A DNA stretch of 63,989 bases, the filler included, from Dimargaris cristalligena (taxonomy: Eukaryota): NCBI GenBank assembly GCA_003614675.1. It is 5 parts of 5 records of this genome, joined end to end, with 100 filler letters (N's around TTAATTAATTAA, not from the genome) between each part and the next. Parts side by side here need not be neighbours in the genome. Positions count along the whole stretch, not along the records: positions 1 to 13,321 come from ML002995.1; positions 13,422 to 26,730 come from ML002996.1; 3 more parts are not named here. One strand, 5' to 3'. Within the stretch, counting starts at the first letter, position 1. Each line of letters begins with the position of its first letter. Of this stretch, positions 1 through 13,678 are shown piece by piece. The notes beneath the pieces were generated by a model. The model saw only the letters and a list, made by a program, of their open reading frames with translations. It was not told the DNA's origin and made no database searches. Position numbers and translations under genes: made by a program.

Positions 1-27
1 GGGAAAATCGGTGGGATGTTTATTTTC

Positions 28-71
28 AACCAGTAGTATTTGCCTCATCAAATGGATTTTTCATTATACAG
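28..71 (+). repeat. Dispersed repeat copy (shared with 40078-40121)
   Basis: AACCAGTAGTATTTGCCTCATCAAATGGATTTTTCATTATACAG matches 40078-40121 on another contig with 3 mismatches in 44 nt. Confidence 0.85.
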
Positions 72-3000
72 CCCTGCTGAACTACTCCCATATGGTAGTT
101 GCTGGGGGCACTTTGGCGTGGTGGTGATACGAGGTCACTTTGGCTCTACCATTTCAAAGACATCGTCTTTGACAGCATTCCCAAAAGGCAGTATGTGGTA
201 TAGCAGCAACTACCTCAATAGTACAGTCCAAACTCGGGAAATAGGCGGATAATAAGCCCGATTTCACAGTGTTATTCCGACTATTACACTGTCATGCTAC
301 CGAATTCAACCGGTCCCCCGACTAAGTTTCTAACCGGGGGCTACGCCGTGGTTAGGGTTATCCGGGAATCCCTGAACTTGGATGGCTGAATTGCCCTACA
401 GTAAAAATAGGGACTAAAAAAAAGGGTTACCCTTAATATAGGGGGAAGTGGGTATCTTTATGGTAGGGGAGGGGTGGGATTACCCCATAAAGAGGTCGGA
501 TACTGGTTAACCACGAAGGTAGATCTTGGCTATGATTTTTATCAACCCCTCACCCCTCCTTATTCATTTCTCTCTATGTATATTACACAACCGTTCAGTA
601 TATTATATATATATATATATTAGAAACCCCCCTATACTTTGACCACACTGAACTATTCTAACTGTATAGACATCGTGCTCTGTTTAGATAGTCCACTATC
701 AACAATAGCTCGCATCTGACGATTCCTTTTTAATGTGGGGGTGGGGAGAAACACTCCGGTCGATAAATAAGGTTAATTCGAGCCTGGGAAGGGTTCTTTG
801 GGTCCTTACCCGTAGTGTGGTGAAATTTAAAGATGTGAAAACTATTGCGGGACTAAAATCACAACATTAGGTAACATCCGGGCCACTGTTTCAGCTGTTT
901 AGAATGCAGTCAGGGCCCTGAATGATTTTTATCATTCATATTCTCCCCTACACACCCCCACACTGGGCGGACCCAGTTGGGAACTTAGGTCACTCTTTCC
1001 TTAGCCCCTCCCCAAAGACTACCTCACCATCCTGAGTGTATGTTCGTATTTGATTTGTTTATAGACTTGGAAGCCCTGCACTGTGTGTATGTATATGGAG
1101 TGGGGGGGTGAGGATAAGTTTATTGAAGTGTGTGGGCCGAATTGGGCCAATTGGACTTAATTATCTGGGTGTGACCCCTCCTCACCCTCATCACCCATTC
1201 GCACACCCACTCTCTTCCTCCCAACACCCGCCAGCAGATGAGCTGGTGGTAAATCTAAACATAGCGGACTTAACTGTGGGTGGGTGTAGGAAGCTAAGGT
1301 TGGGAGAGGGTATGAGAGGTTAGAAAAACCAAACAGGTCTAGGGACTGAGACAGAGCTGGGGCGATTGTTAGATCAGCTTAAGCACTGACCCTGAACTCA
1401 CTGCAGGGTTGGCGAACCCTTGCTGCCGAGTATATACATATACGTACATATATATATTATGAGCCATATGTAGTATTTGACTATTAAGGAAAAGTGAGGG
1501 GGAGTAGGTTCAGTAGCGAATGTCCTATGGGTTTGGTCAAACTATACTAGGCAAAAAGTACCATATCGAGCCTCGGTCCCACCAGTGAGTTTGACGACTC
1601 GGCCTGGAATCACTCTCCAGAAGCTGTATTAGTGTATACACCTTTCCTTGGACTATGGGCTAAGTGAAACCAACTATTGACTAGTAGCCCAGTGTATAAT
1701 GCCTATGTTTACTTTGGTAGGGGGCCCTCTTAACTAAAATAAATAAACAACGAGCTAACCCGTGTTTACGGATATAAATACAACAAAGGGGGGCTCCCAA
1801 AACAAAGAAACCTCATCTCTCTTGGTGTCGGCTTTATTCTCACTACTTTTTACTTGTACTTAACCCAGTTACCTGTCTAGTTAAAGCGCTCTGTCCGGAT
1901 TTATCCCGTAACTTAATACGTTTACCTCCGCCTTGTTTATTTATTTTTTGTTGCTTCATTATGCTTTGTTTACACTTCCGCAAATGGTGGGGTTAATCGC
2001 TTCCATGAGTGCGTGGTAGTATGACTAACCCCTGGTTCAGAAAGCCAAAGGGCATATGGAAGATAATCCGAAGGATAGTACGCCTTCGTGATCCAGAGTT
2101 ATCACACGGTATGGCATGCGGGGGGTGGGGATAAACCTTTAACATGCAGCCACCTGCCGTTTTTCACACAAATCGCATGTATGTATGTCTGTGGTCAGAT
2201 GGATCATTGTGAGTATTCTCCCCCCATACACCGTCTAAAATTGTCCAGAGCTCACCTGAACTTGGATTGCAGGTCATGACGCTCGCTATAGTCTCTAAGC
2301 GCCTTGATATACCAATGCCGTGACTTGTTTCATTCAGCATCCCTTCACTTTCCCCTGCAATCCATGCGGACCATTACCCTTCACCCATTCCGATTAGCCA
2401 AGTTTCTATCCATTTCCCTCCCCCGCCGTCTTGTAATTTACACCCATTCCGTGGTGATTTAGCCCATTTCCTAATACTAGCCTTTCCCGGGGAATACTGA
2501 GTAATGTTCCAATCATTCCCGCACGGGGCGGGGTAAGTAGAGTTGGAAACGCCTAAAAATGATTAGGACAATGGTTTCCACGGCCTTCATGATATAGGGT
2601 TGTGGATGTCCCCTTCCCCTAGTTATTATGTGTGCCGATGGACCCCTACCCTAATCACCCATTCGGTGGCGATACACCTTGCTCTAATTAGTTCCATGTG
2701 CGCCGTGCCGATCTTGTGGGGGATGGGGATGGTTGGGAGCGGCCCCTCCACCATATCCTCTCATGTACCCCACTACTGGCCTATTCAAGTCCATTGATTC
2801 AGTAGTATTGGAGGGGGGTTCTGACAGTTGTTACTGTCATTCATGTGCCTATTGGCTAAGGAGATTCGACCAGGGGCGGAATTTTGCCCACGTTGCCCAG
2901 GCTTTACTTGAGTCGCCCGGGAACTACAGTCGCAGTTCATAAGATTACAAAATGACTTTACTGCCATTAGTCAGCGGTATCTTCGATTTACTTTCACAAG

Positions 3001-6000
3001 GCTAGCCCGCCATGGTAAAGGCATGCGTCACTACGCCTTCTTCCAAAAGAATCATGCTCTGATCCACTCCGGCCATCCGAACAGCAAGTGTAAACTAGCT
3101 CTACCCATCCAATGACCAATAGGATGCGTTTGGTTTGTTTTGCTTTTGTCCCTTTGCCGCACTGTCCGGCGGCTAATTTGGTAACTTGCCGTTGGTTACC
3201 ATTCATTATTATGGACCAACGTCATGAGAACTGGAACTAGATATAGGGAAAGGTGAATATAGGGTGGTTCTAATAAGGTCAATGGCCCCTACTGCCCATA
3301 AGACTGTTTGACGGCAGTAGACCCCTCCCTTTCCGCCCCTCCTTCGTAACGGGCATCCAAAGGATACCAATACTGATGAACCATGGACATGGCAAATCTT
3401 TGTTGATTTTTTCTCCTTTGGGTTGTTTTGAATTGAGCAAGTCCTCTGTTGACCCTTACTCGGCTCTGCGAACCCCTGATCCAATCAATCCGTTAACCCC
3501 AAACAAACCCGTCGGAGCTCCGTGGTCGGCATATTTTTTTTGCCAGTCTGGGCGGATGGCACATTCCATGACCCACCCCATTTGAGCCTAACCGGTGGCC
3601 CCCATTTCCTGTTGTTCCCCATTGCCCCGCGGTATTGTAATCCGGTGGAATAATATGGCATTGCTCACCTGAGTTTAGTTCAGCGCTTCTACGGTGCCTT
3701 GGGAAGGCTGAGATTGAACTGATTGAGCTGGTGTAACCGGTTGAGTTTTGTTCTCAGTCGCTCTACTCTCTAGTGGTTGGCCTTTTGGGGATTCCGTTGG
3801 TGCCTCTCAGCCGCCTGCTAAGGGTTGTGCTACATCCCAACCTAGCCACCCCTTCCCTAATCCCATTTCCCTCCCCGCATTGCTCTCTACTTTCTGTTCG
3901 GCGTAAGCGGTCTCCCATCGTAGAAGAAGTTTTCAGTGTCAACCACCAGGAAGTGGTAACACCCTGGTCCACTTAATTACTAGTTCTTCTGCCGCTCGGT
4001 AGATTGGTTTCATATCTCTTACCAATAGTGTGTTATCATCATGGCCACTTGGAGGCATCATATTCTATTCGCTTTCATTTCCTCAATTTATTTTTTCAAA
4101 CTCAGCCCAGGAAGGATTGTCAACGAATGGTTCGGACTGTGATCGCCCAGCTCTTGTGTAACCTCGTACCTTTTTGCTTGATTTAGTAGCCAACTGAAGG
4201 ATGCCCAATATTGTGAGGGGCGAGTGTGTGGAATTGACCACGGATGGGGTGGATGAGATTGGAGGTCCGACTGATTCAGTGGCTTTGGGAGGCATCGATT
4301 GAAATCACTTGCCGCTGATCGCCCCAATCACATATACTCCCCCCCCCCACCACCACCAGGCGAAATTCGGCGAGTCATCATCAATACTAAATGGCTCGAA
4401 AAGCACCATGCCTTTATAGTTTACCCCGGTCTTCCATGGCCGCCCGTGGCAATGACGATGGCGAGGAACATACTCAATTATTTCCACCCTAAAACGGGTA
4501 TTAGCCGCTAACGATAGTCATAATAGGAGTGTTAAAATAGCAGTGGGCGAGGTGGGGATCATTTAATCGGAATAAGAGATTCTCTCCGCCCTAACGATGG
4601 CCTTTCCGATATACAGTGCACCGTTTCCCATCGTTTAGTATACATGTACCTATTTTAGTGATCCGTGCTTTAAGGCCAGGGCTTAGTTAATAGATAGCGC
4701 ACAGTGTAGGGCTGGGGGAGTGATTCGAGGTCGATTTTTAGTTCAGGGCTGCAGCGCTGGTAAATCCGGGTCCCCACGAGTGATGTGGGTGTATGAGTGG
4801 CGCTAACCCTAGAAATCAACGTCGTCATTAACAGCTCTTCCCAGTGGATTTAGCGCGGAGCCTGGCTTGAATGGTTTACTACAATAGCACCATTAGGATC
4901 CATTGATTTCCTTACACATGTCTTTATGTTTTCAGCAGCCTTTCGCCAACATGCCGGATGAGAGAAACCAATCGGTTGGCCCCTTATAGTTGAGGGGACA
5001 ATCACCAACTTCTGTCGCCTAGGTTTATGTACGACTGACAAGGGTGTATTAGGGTGTCTGTTTTAACTCTTTAATATTGGTATCGGCGAACAGGTAGGCA
5101 AAGGCGTGAATTGAAAGAAAATGTATAGATGGGAAGCAATTGCCCGCCACCGAATAGTGTAACCTGTCAAAAATTATACTCCGCCCAACCCCTATCAGGT
5201 CTGGGATGGAGTCCCCTATTTTTCCCTTCCACCCCCAGTGTACTACCTTAATTGCACTGAGTGCATCGTCATATCTACAGCTGTTTGGCGGGGTTTTTTA
5301 ACATGCAGAAAAAATAAATCGATTGAGGGAACAGTAGGTATGACTACTCGTTTTTTGATAGAAGTCATACGATAGGTGCCTAAAAATAGGCAGACTACGG
5401 TCGATGTGGCCCTTCCATGGCGAAGCTCTTGGCGAGTTGGTGCGACGGCCTGTCGGAATCAGCCAGGGAATGTTCCCTAAAAAGAGCTGCCTGGACCTCT
5501 TTATCCAAGTAAGGTAGCTGGGTCTATTTCGCCATCTATTTTAACAGGGCACACACTGTCTTAGGGAGAGGGGGATCCACATGGGATTCTAGAGCGACTG
5601 AGCTCATACAGGCTAAGATTAGAGTGCGGAGGAGAAGGGGGGCATTATGCTAGAGTAGGGCCACGCTAATCCAGAAACCCTGACCAATTCTAAATCACAA
5701 TAGCGGTCGATCGAACTGGTACTGGATCAGAAAAACCACACACCCTCCAGTAGGTTTAACTCGCTCGTAACTAAATAATTAGGATTACCCGGTCCCCTCC
5801 CTCGTTTTAATCAGTATTGTATCATTGGATACACATCCAGTTGAACCAATCCCTGATTATTATTTTTAATTCAGTCGGTAAATCAATGACGCTCGGCGCC
5901 TAAAAAAACAACAATAACCTATGTAAATAAAATAAATATATAAACCGCGCCGGTATCAAGGGACTATGGTACAATCTTTTTACAGTTGGGGATATGTAAT

Positions 6001-8614
6001 GGGGTTTGATTAAACACCCAAGCATGGATCGATTCCATAATCGCGGAAATAATCGATCACTGGTAGATTTGCTAGAAATGCACTGGTAAATGTTTTGTTC
6101 ATCACAACTGTACCCCCATACCATAATAACTTATAGTTGTATATTTGGGATTGCGATCCCTACACTCAATGTTTATTAATAAAGCAGGGAATCTCACTTT
6201 AATATGTGATATCCATTTTTAGTACTCTGGTGCTGTTCGAAGTCCTATTGTTGATGTATGTTTTCAAGCTGAAAATCTTAGCAATTACGCTCGTGTGTAA
6301 TCCAAAATTTAATAGCCCCGCCATCAAAAAGTCCCACTTAGCCGGGGCCCTTTTACTACATGCTTATACATTAAAAATTAAAGGTGTACTGGCATTACTA
6401 ATTGTGAATGCTTTAATAGCAATTAACCCATGAATAGGAGATCACATTCGGAGTGGATCACTGATAGGCGAACGAAGCTGTAGTTACCCAACCATTATAC
6501 TGCTTTAATATGCTGGATATACTCTCCCTTATACCACCACCATATTCGTACACACAGGCTTTGCTAGTGGTATCAGGATCAATTACAGCAGGGACCTATG
6601 GTGATCCTGAAAGGGTCGCGACAGTGGACTAAGTTCAATCTCCTAACTCAAATAAGGCCAAGGCGATCCATTTGTATAAAAAAACAACAACAACCTTTTA
6701 AATCCATTGTTAACGGCAATCTTTGTTTACATTATTGGGCTTAACCGCAGACATTATGGAAAAGTGCGAAAGTTTTTATATTATAAACGGAATGAGCTCC
6801 TTCTTCCCCTGGTCTGTTTATTGGTTAGAGTGTTATTGGTATATAAAAGTTAGGTAAAATCATATCCGTGGTTATCCTGTTCATGGCTGACATTTCGATT
6901 ATAACTCCTAAACCTACCATGTCCAGTATCTAATTTGATCAGACCGGCGGTGCTACTGTAGAAAAAAAATATTGGAAACGTGCCCAATTTACTGAATCCA
7001 CTGTTGTGGACGGACAGAAAAGTCCCCTACTCAATGTATCGGGCAGCTGAGAGTATTCACTCTATAATTAGTAGAGAATCACAGCCAAAATAATAAACAT
7101 TAATATGACACTGATCAAGCTTAGCTTGGGGGGGGGGGGAGATTCCCCCATTGGCTATGAGCTTCAATAAAGAGGTCTAGACTGATCCAGAATTAAAATA
7201 TTAACTAAAAGTAGGCTTCGCTGCTAGGGAAGTAAAACATTGGCAGCCGCAAATCACTAAACGTAAACAGAGGATCCTATAATATAGTTTTATATTGGAA
7301 AATGCGGTTTCTGAAAAACGGGGCCTTTTTGAACGAAATCCTAAAACGAAGAGGGGGGGGGTTAGAAGGACCCTTTAATGAATTGCACAAAAAATACATA
7401 CCTCAGTTTAGCCTATTCGGTTGGTAAGCGAAGAAATTGGGGTGTTCCTAGTGACAACCGGAGTTTAAGGGACCCTCGATTTATGTCGATGGCGTAGTTT
7501 CGATAAGCCTCCTAGATGTCCCTATTCATTTTAGGGGCAGTGTCAGATAGCCCACCCCCTCCCCCATAAGTATTGTAGGGTCAAAGTAACTGGACCAACA
7601 AGGTTAGGCCAACCTCGACACTCTCTCCCTCTAGGGAAGTCTACTCAAGTTAATGTGAGGCGGAAGAGAGGCAATTCAAAAAGGGTTGTAGCAGGGGCAG
7701 GGCCCCATTCACCCATTATAATCAATCCAATACTGAAGCATCCCCATACATTAATTAATAGTCCGCTCATAGAATCTAGGTCAGGCAATGCACCATATAC
7801 GAAGGCGCATTGAACATGCCATTATTGTATATTAGTTTAAATAGATGCGCATCGGCATAGTAGGTCATTGTAATAGAAATGGTCTTGTGGTATGGGCAAT
7901 GTGAGGTACATCAGGTCCCTGAGGAGTTTCCCGGACTGTACGTCGGCTAATTCAAGGCCAGATGCTCTTAACACTCGCTCGTATAATTTTTGTTTTATAA
8001 ACCCAGTTGGGGCACTCGTGGACTACACAACTCAACTAACTATGCGGGCGACAATTATCATGGCTTGGCGGCATTATTCACCAGGTGTATTCTCTTTTAT
8101 AAGTAATAAATATGCACTTGCCCCAAAGTCAAGCTGTCTAAAGCAGGTACATCATTTTGGCTATACTCTGCACCGGCATTCCTTCTAATGTTAGCATTCT
8201 CCTTATCAACAGAACTTCGGGTGGCTCCATAAGTGACTCGTTAATTTTTCGCCCTGGGTGCCAAACTTGTTGCCTTAAACGGAGGCTGAGATAATTGAAC
8301 CCAACCACCCACCATCCTGTCAGCTGCATACGCATGCGTCATGGCTGTAAGGGGCGGGTGTTAATCCTTCGCTATTAGAATCAGCCACTCATATTCCAAT
8401 AGTCCCTATACATATTACATATATATAAACGCATTTTTGAAAGGTCTATAAAGGCCTCGGCTCATTGCTATTAAAGAAATTAGGGTGGGTTACTTAGGAG
8501 TAGAAGAAATTGAGTATAGTGACTTAGTGATTTAAAATATTTGTTTTATTTAACTAGGCAAACGCCTGAGCTAGGATAGACCTTGCCTATACGACTTAGC
8601 GCGAAGGCGGATTA

Positions 8615-10348
8615 TTTCAAACTCCGCTTTCCTAAAAAAATTGGTCGACCAATAGTCAGGTTGCATAAATGGGAATGGACAATCCGCTAGGGGATTGAGG
8701 CACTGTAACTTCTGGAGTATTGATTGCTATCACACGAACACCGTTGCTTATATTTCTGTAGATGCTTCAAGTTTGTGCGTAGGAGCGGTTCGAAGTGGCC
8801 AACCCAAGTAAATTTAGCCCGCCGACTTATATGAGTAATATACTCTTATTTCAGAGCCAGAGTGGTTGATGGGTTAAAAAAAAAGGCCCAGAAATTAGTA
8901 AATGCCGGTTAAATTGGTGTGGTGTTTTGGCGAGAGAGAGAGAGAAAGTGAGAGATCCGCCCGGATAATGAAACACCGGTTGGGGCACCATGTGCCGCCT
9001 AACGTTCACGGTTGGCACACTGGGCCATAGGCATCGGATAGAAAGTCAACCGAAACAGTCGTTCATGTAAGTAGCTGGCTGGCCATCACTTGGCGGGAAC
9101 TACCCCATTAACCGCAGGTTTATTCAATTATTAGGATTATACTACTTAGGTATTATAAACAGGTAAATGTGCGACTGGTAATTAGGTCACTATTCCAGCT
9201 ATAGCTCACTCTCCCACCTCCGCCCACTCCTCTCCTCTCCTCGCTTCACTCACTTCAACCGTTTGGAACAACGGTCCATGATTGACCTCATGCGGAGTTT
9301 GAAACTACGCTGCTGGATGAAAAGAATAAATGATTTTCCTTATCCTCTGGCATCCTCTTTCTCTTTCTCGCCCCCCTCGCCGTCTACTATAGGTTACAAT
9401 TATATAGAACGGCTACCCAGCGGGTGGGCAATTGTTGGAATAGTTTAAAATAACAAACGAAGGCGAAGGGGTGAGGGAAAGTGCAATTGCTTAAGGAGAT
9501 ACATTGGAGCGAAACACTAGGAACATCATCCCCAAAAACAAGTTAATTGGAAATATTCATGTGAAGTAGGAGGAGTGGGGGTGGGGTGCTGTCTAGTGGA
9601 TTTACTCGAATGTAGGGGAGGGTGAGGGGGGGGGGTAGGCAACATGAAGGGGGGGGGGGGTTTAAAATTACCCAGCAATGCGAGTATATGAAGGTTTAAA
9701 TTGGGGATAGTAATGCAAAGTCATCAATAAGCGTGCATAGGATATAATCGTAATATGGTCAAGTATGCATTTACAATGTCCCGATAGATGAAAGAGGGGA
9801 GGGGAAGAGATGAGTGGGGACATTGCCGGTTATTTAGGGTAGGGGCCTTATGTATATAGATACCCTATATACCTCTGTATATTTCCTTGAAGGCATCTCC
9901 CTCGTCCCAGCCCTCTATCATACCAAATCGAGTTATATTTATACATATTACTTTACTCATCATTCGCCAATGTCGAACAGTTTCATTGCGGTTGGGGATT
10001 GCACCACCCAGCTGTATAGCCGGGTTCCCTCGTTCATCGTACACGACCTTTTCCTCATCCTTCCCTATTGCATAGTTGGTTTCCGTAGCTCACCTATATC
10101 GGCTGAATTATTTACACTTTAAATTATGAAAAGCTATACTCCAAGTTTTTCCTCTTTTCTTTAGCAATAATTAAAATGGCTGGATCTATATTGGGAGATG
10201 ACTTATACTTTAGAAAAATTCTCCAAGTTTTGTACAAAATAAGCCCCCCACTATTTGAATCTGAAGGACATGGCCGACTTCTCAGAGCCCGTTTTTATTT
10301 ATTTATTTATGAAACTTTTCTAATCAGCTCCCAAACTTCAAACTCCGC
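8615..10348. promoter_or_regulatory. Three copies of motif (T)TTCAAACTCCGC, candidate cis-element
   Basis: Exact copies at 8615-8627 (+), 9292-9304 (-) and 10337-10348 (+, 12-mer). The repetition is observed; the function is inferred. Confidence 0.4.
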
Positions 10349-11790
10349 CTATCAACCAATCCCCCCCTTTCACTCACTCCCCATTTTAATACCCAGTCAG
10401 TTACTATTGCCTCTATTATTGTAATATTATAACCATGGATGGACCTACAAAGCCAGTCAGTCGGAGTCTGAAATAGCCAGCTGTGGAAGTGATAATGAAA
10501 GAAGGAGAGAATGAGAGTGAGAGGGAAAAAATAGAAATGATCGATGCGAAGATATTCTTATTGTTTTGGGGGAGGAGGTCCAAATACTGTGGGTGGAGAG
10601 TAAATAGAGCGCCCACCTCGTCTTGGGCGGTCCATCATTCAGGAACCAGCCCCAAGCCAACCTCCGGGCTTATTGAGAAAAGTGAACGTGGGATGGGTTG
10701 GGTGGGATAGGGTGAACGAGAAGTGAGGAACTGACGCAACCGAGCCCAGCTATGAAGCGGATGGATCAAGTTTCAAAAATTGACCCAATTTAATTCCAGA
10801 GTGTAGGCCGATGTATCGCAAACTGGATAAAATGACACATGTCCTTTGTCATATATTTTCTAGTGTCCCCCCAACGGTAGATGGCTCAACGGGAAATACA
10901 CAGATGCTAAGCACGTGTTCAGCACCGTCAGTCTATTCCTGACTACACTAAAATAGTGTTATGGATATATATGTATTGGTGGATATGTACGTATCAATTC
11001 ATTGTGAATAGAGAACCAAAAGAAAAATAGAGAGATAGGAAGGAAATGGCGTTCGTAAAGTGATAATAAAAAACGAACAAATTGCTGCTTGATAGACGGG
11101 TGTGTCGTTTAAGTTGAACGGTATGTTTCAACCGACAAACGCGAGGGTAACCCAAGATTCTGTTCACATTTAAAAAAAAGGGGGGGATTGTGAACAGGGA
11201 ACCGGGGGTATAAGGTCGTTACTAAGAATGTAGTAATGCAAAAATGGGGAAGCATTCAACGTGAAGATAAAAATAGAAATTGGACCGCTCATGTAAATAA
11301 CAATGTTTGAAGACAGGGCGGACGACCATTAGGAAAGAAAATGGAAAAACGAAAGGGTCGACATGAGCCCAATGTAAATGATAATACGGGTAGTAAAAAA
11401 ATATGATGATGATAGAGATAAAATGGAGGTGGGGGGCCTAGGGGAGGGGGGGGATCAGTACTATTCGATTTGCCTAATTAGTACAACCAGCCAAAAATGA
11501 ATAGGAATGGAACGAAAGTAAAAGGAATAATTGTATGTAAATCTAAATGGTATGAATGTTGGTGTGAGTACGCAAAGGCGTAGTAATCTTTGAAAGCCAA
11601 CCATGCTCAATATATGGGTATCTGAGTGATGAATGAGCGTGCAAGCGCCTGGGTTTGTGCGGCTCGAGTAATTAATAAACTGAATAAACAAATGTATAAT
11701 GCCATAAGATGCCGCCACCGGCAAAAAATAATATTAAGCGTTCCATTCACGCATCTACTGCCTGATTGCTTGGCCGCCCGCTTTATGTGC

Positions 11791-13321
11791 TTACGCTCCA
11801 GTCCGGTCTTTCAGTACCGCCGGGTACCACTCATCTAATGACCGCATCCACTGATGCATTTCCTCCCGCGACGCCGCCTGGAGCAAATACGCGTTATTTC
11901 GGGCGTAGAGCGCAAATATATGGGGGCGTTGCAGCAGATTCTCCAACGGTTCATTATAGTCCACCCGAGCCGAGAGTAAGTTGATCACGGTAAGAAGGTG
12001 GGATTCCCGATCCGATTCGTAAATATACAGGTAGGGCTTTTGGAGGACAAACCAGCGTTTGGTCCACGTATCTTCCGCGTTAATCGGCATGTAGAGGTAG
12101 CCACGCTTGGATGGTTTGATCCGCTTCGTGACGATACGAACCCGACCCTCCATACGTTTGGCCGCACGGTCGTCCGAGGGCTTGGTAGTGGCAGTAGTAT
12201 TGGCGGCCGGATTGCAAGAGCCGGCTGATCCCGTTGATGCTGGTAGGGCACCCGCAGCCGAGGTGATGGTAGATTTCGTACGGCGAATGGGCCCAGGTCC
12301 TTTCCCTCCAGCTGTGGTCGTTCCCCCGGGGGGTGGTGGGGAGTCGAGTAAATTCACTGACTGTTCCCGGCGCTGGCGCAGTTCCTCAATTCCCGTTACG
12401 AATAGTCGGGCCAGTTCTTGTAAGCGATCCGTGGGGAAAATGGCCAAGTCCGGGTGGGTCAAGACTGATAGGGAGGGTATCCCGCCGGGTGGGATGTCCG
12501 CCCAAGGGGACGAATCAGAGGGAGGTGAGTGCGAAGTTAGCATCGAAGTAGAGTCATCCATGGATGGTGAGTTATTTCGATGGGAATGAGCGGAACTGTT
12601 ATAACTCCCCTGCGAAGCGGCGTGAGGGGAATTAGGTAGGCCCCTTGGCGACGGCTGGTGATCCAGTCCCAAAGTTTTCCGAATCTTGAGTACCAATCGG
12701 GTTGTTTCCACCATACGTAACCAAATCGCCCGTTGGCGAGCTCGGTCGAATCCTCGAAGCAACGACACGCCACGCGGTTTCCAACCGGGGGGTAGGGCTT
12801 CCTGGCCACGAATGTACTGCGAGGCGGTATTCATACGCCACAGCTCGCGTACATCCAGGGCGGTCGTGGGGGTCAAGGTTAGTTCGAAAATACACGAGAC
12901 ACGGGAGACGTCCGTCGCCAGAGAGAGAGCGGGATGATTATGATGGTCGTCCCCGAGCTGATGGGGGGTGTCATCGCTCGTTCGGTAGATCGACATGGTC
13001 AGGGACGCGGAGGACGACGCAGCCGACACGGAACGCTGGCCCATGGAGTCGATGGGTCCTCCGGAACGGGCGGACTGTATCCCCATACTCGACGATTTAG
13101 TCATGGGATTCAGGCCAGCGAAAGAAAAGCCCCGTTGCTCAGTTGGAGTCGTCGAGCCACCACCGCCGGTTGCCATACCCGAATGCCCCATTGCCATCGA
13201 GAAGGGGTTAGGATTGGTCTGGTTCGTTTGGGTCGAGGGTGAAGAAAACGGGGACGAAAAGAGGAAATTGGTTAATCGCTTTGCACCACCGGGCGGAGGG
13301 GTTGCCATCGGCCCTGTCCCT
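11791..13321 (-). CDS. Kinesin-3 (UNC-104/KIF1A-like) C-terminal part with PH domain; 5'-truncated by contig end
   Basis: YIRGQEALPPGWKPRGVSLL resembles the kinesin-3 tail motif. C-terminal PH domain SKRGYL...WTKRWFVLQKPYLYIY...FALYARNNAYLLQAASREEMHQW. The ORF runs into the N spacer and the motor domain is absent. Confidence 0.85.
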
Positions 13322-13421
13322 NNNNNNNNNNNNNNNNNNNNNNNNNNNNNNNNNNNNNNNNNNNNTTAATTAATTAANNNNNNNNNNNNNNNNNNNNNNN
13401 NNNNNNNNNNNNNNNNNNNNN
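13322..13421. other. Artificial contig-joining spacer
   Basis: N44-TTAATTAATTAA-N44 (stops in all six frames). Confidence 0.98.
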
Positions 13422-13664
13422 TAAACAGGGCAGAGCTTAAAAGGACAGGGCTTATAATTGTATTATGGGGTTAGTACAATTATAAGTATAAATATAACCC
13501 CACCAACTATGCTGGTACTCAATTGAGTATAAGCACTACCTTTGCCCTTTCTGGGTGTACCCCCTCCCCATCGCAATATAGGCTAAATCTCCTTGGCTTA
13601 TATTGGTGGCGATGGATGGGTAGATAATATAGGGGGGGGGGGGAAGGTTATGTCCGTTCCCCAA

Positions 13665-13678
13665 AGGTCACGTGACCT
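13665..13678. promoter_or_regulatory. Perfect palindrome AGGTCACGTGACCT (bHLH-ZIP/Cbf1-type E-box)
   Basis: 14-bp palindrome with GTCACGTGAC core; target gene unknown. Confidence 0.3.

Noticed and set aside
3372..3400. Hammerhead-like CTGATGA followed by hairpin CCATG-GA-CATGG
   Set aside because: The required GAAA is absent (CAAA) and no stems I/III could be formed
8780..8800. GGTTCGAA as a tRNA T-loop
   Set aside because: No T-stem or cloverleaf can be folded around it
13366..13377. Repeated TTAATTAATTAA as a biological repeat or CRISPR-like unit
   Set aside because: Always centred in exactly 44+44 Ns; it is a synthetic linker
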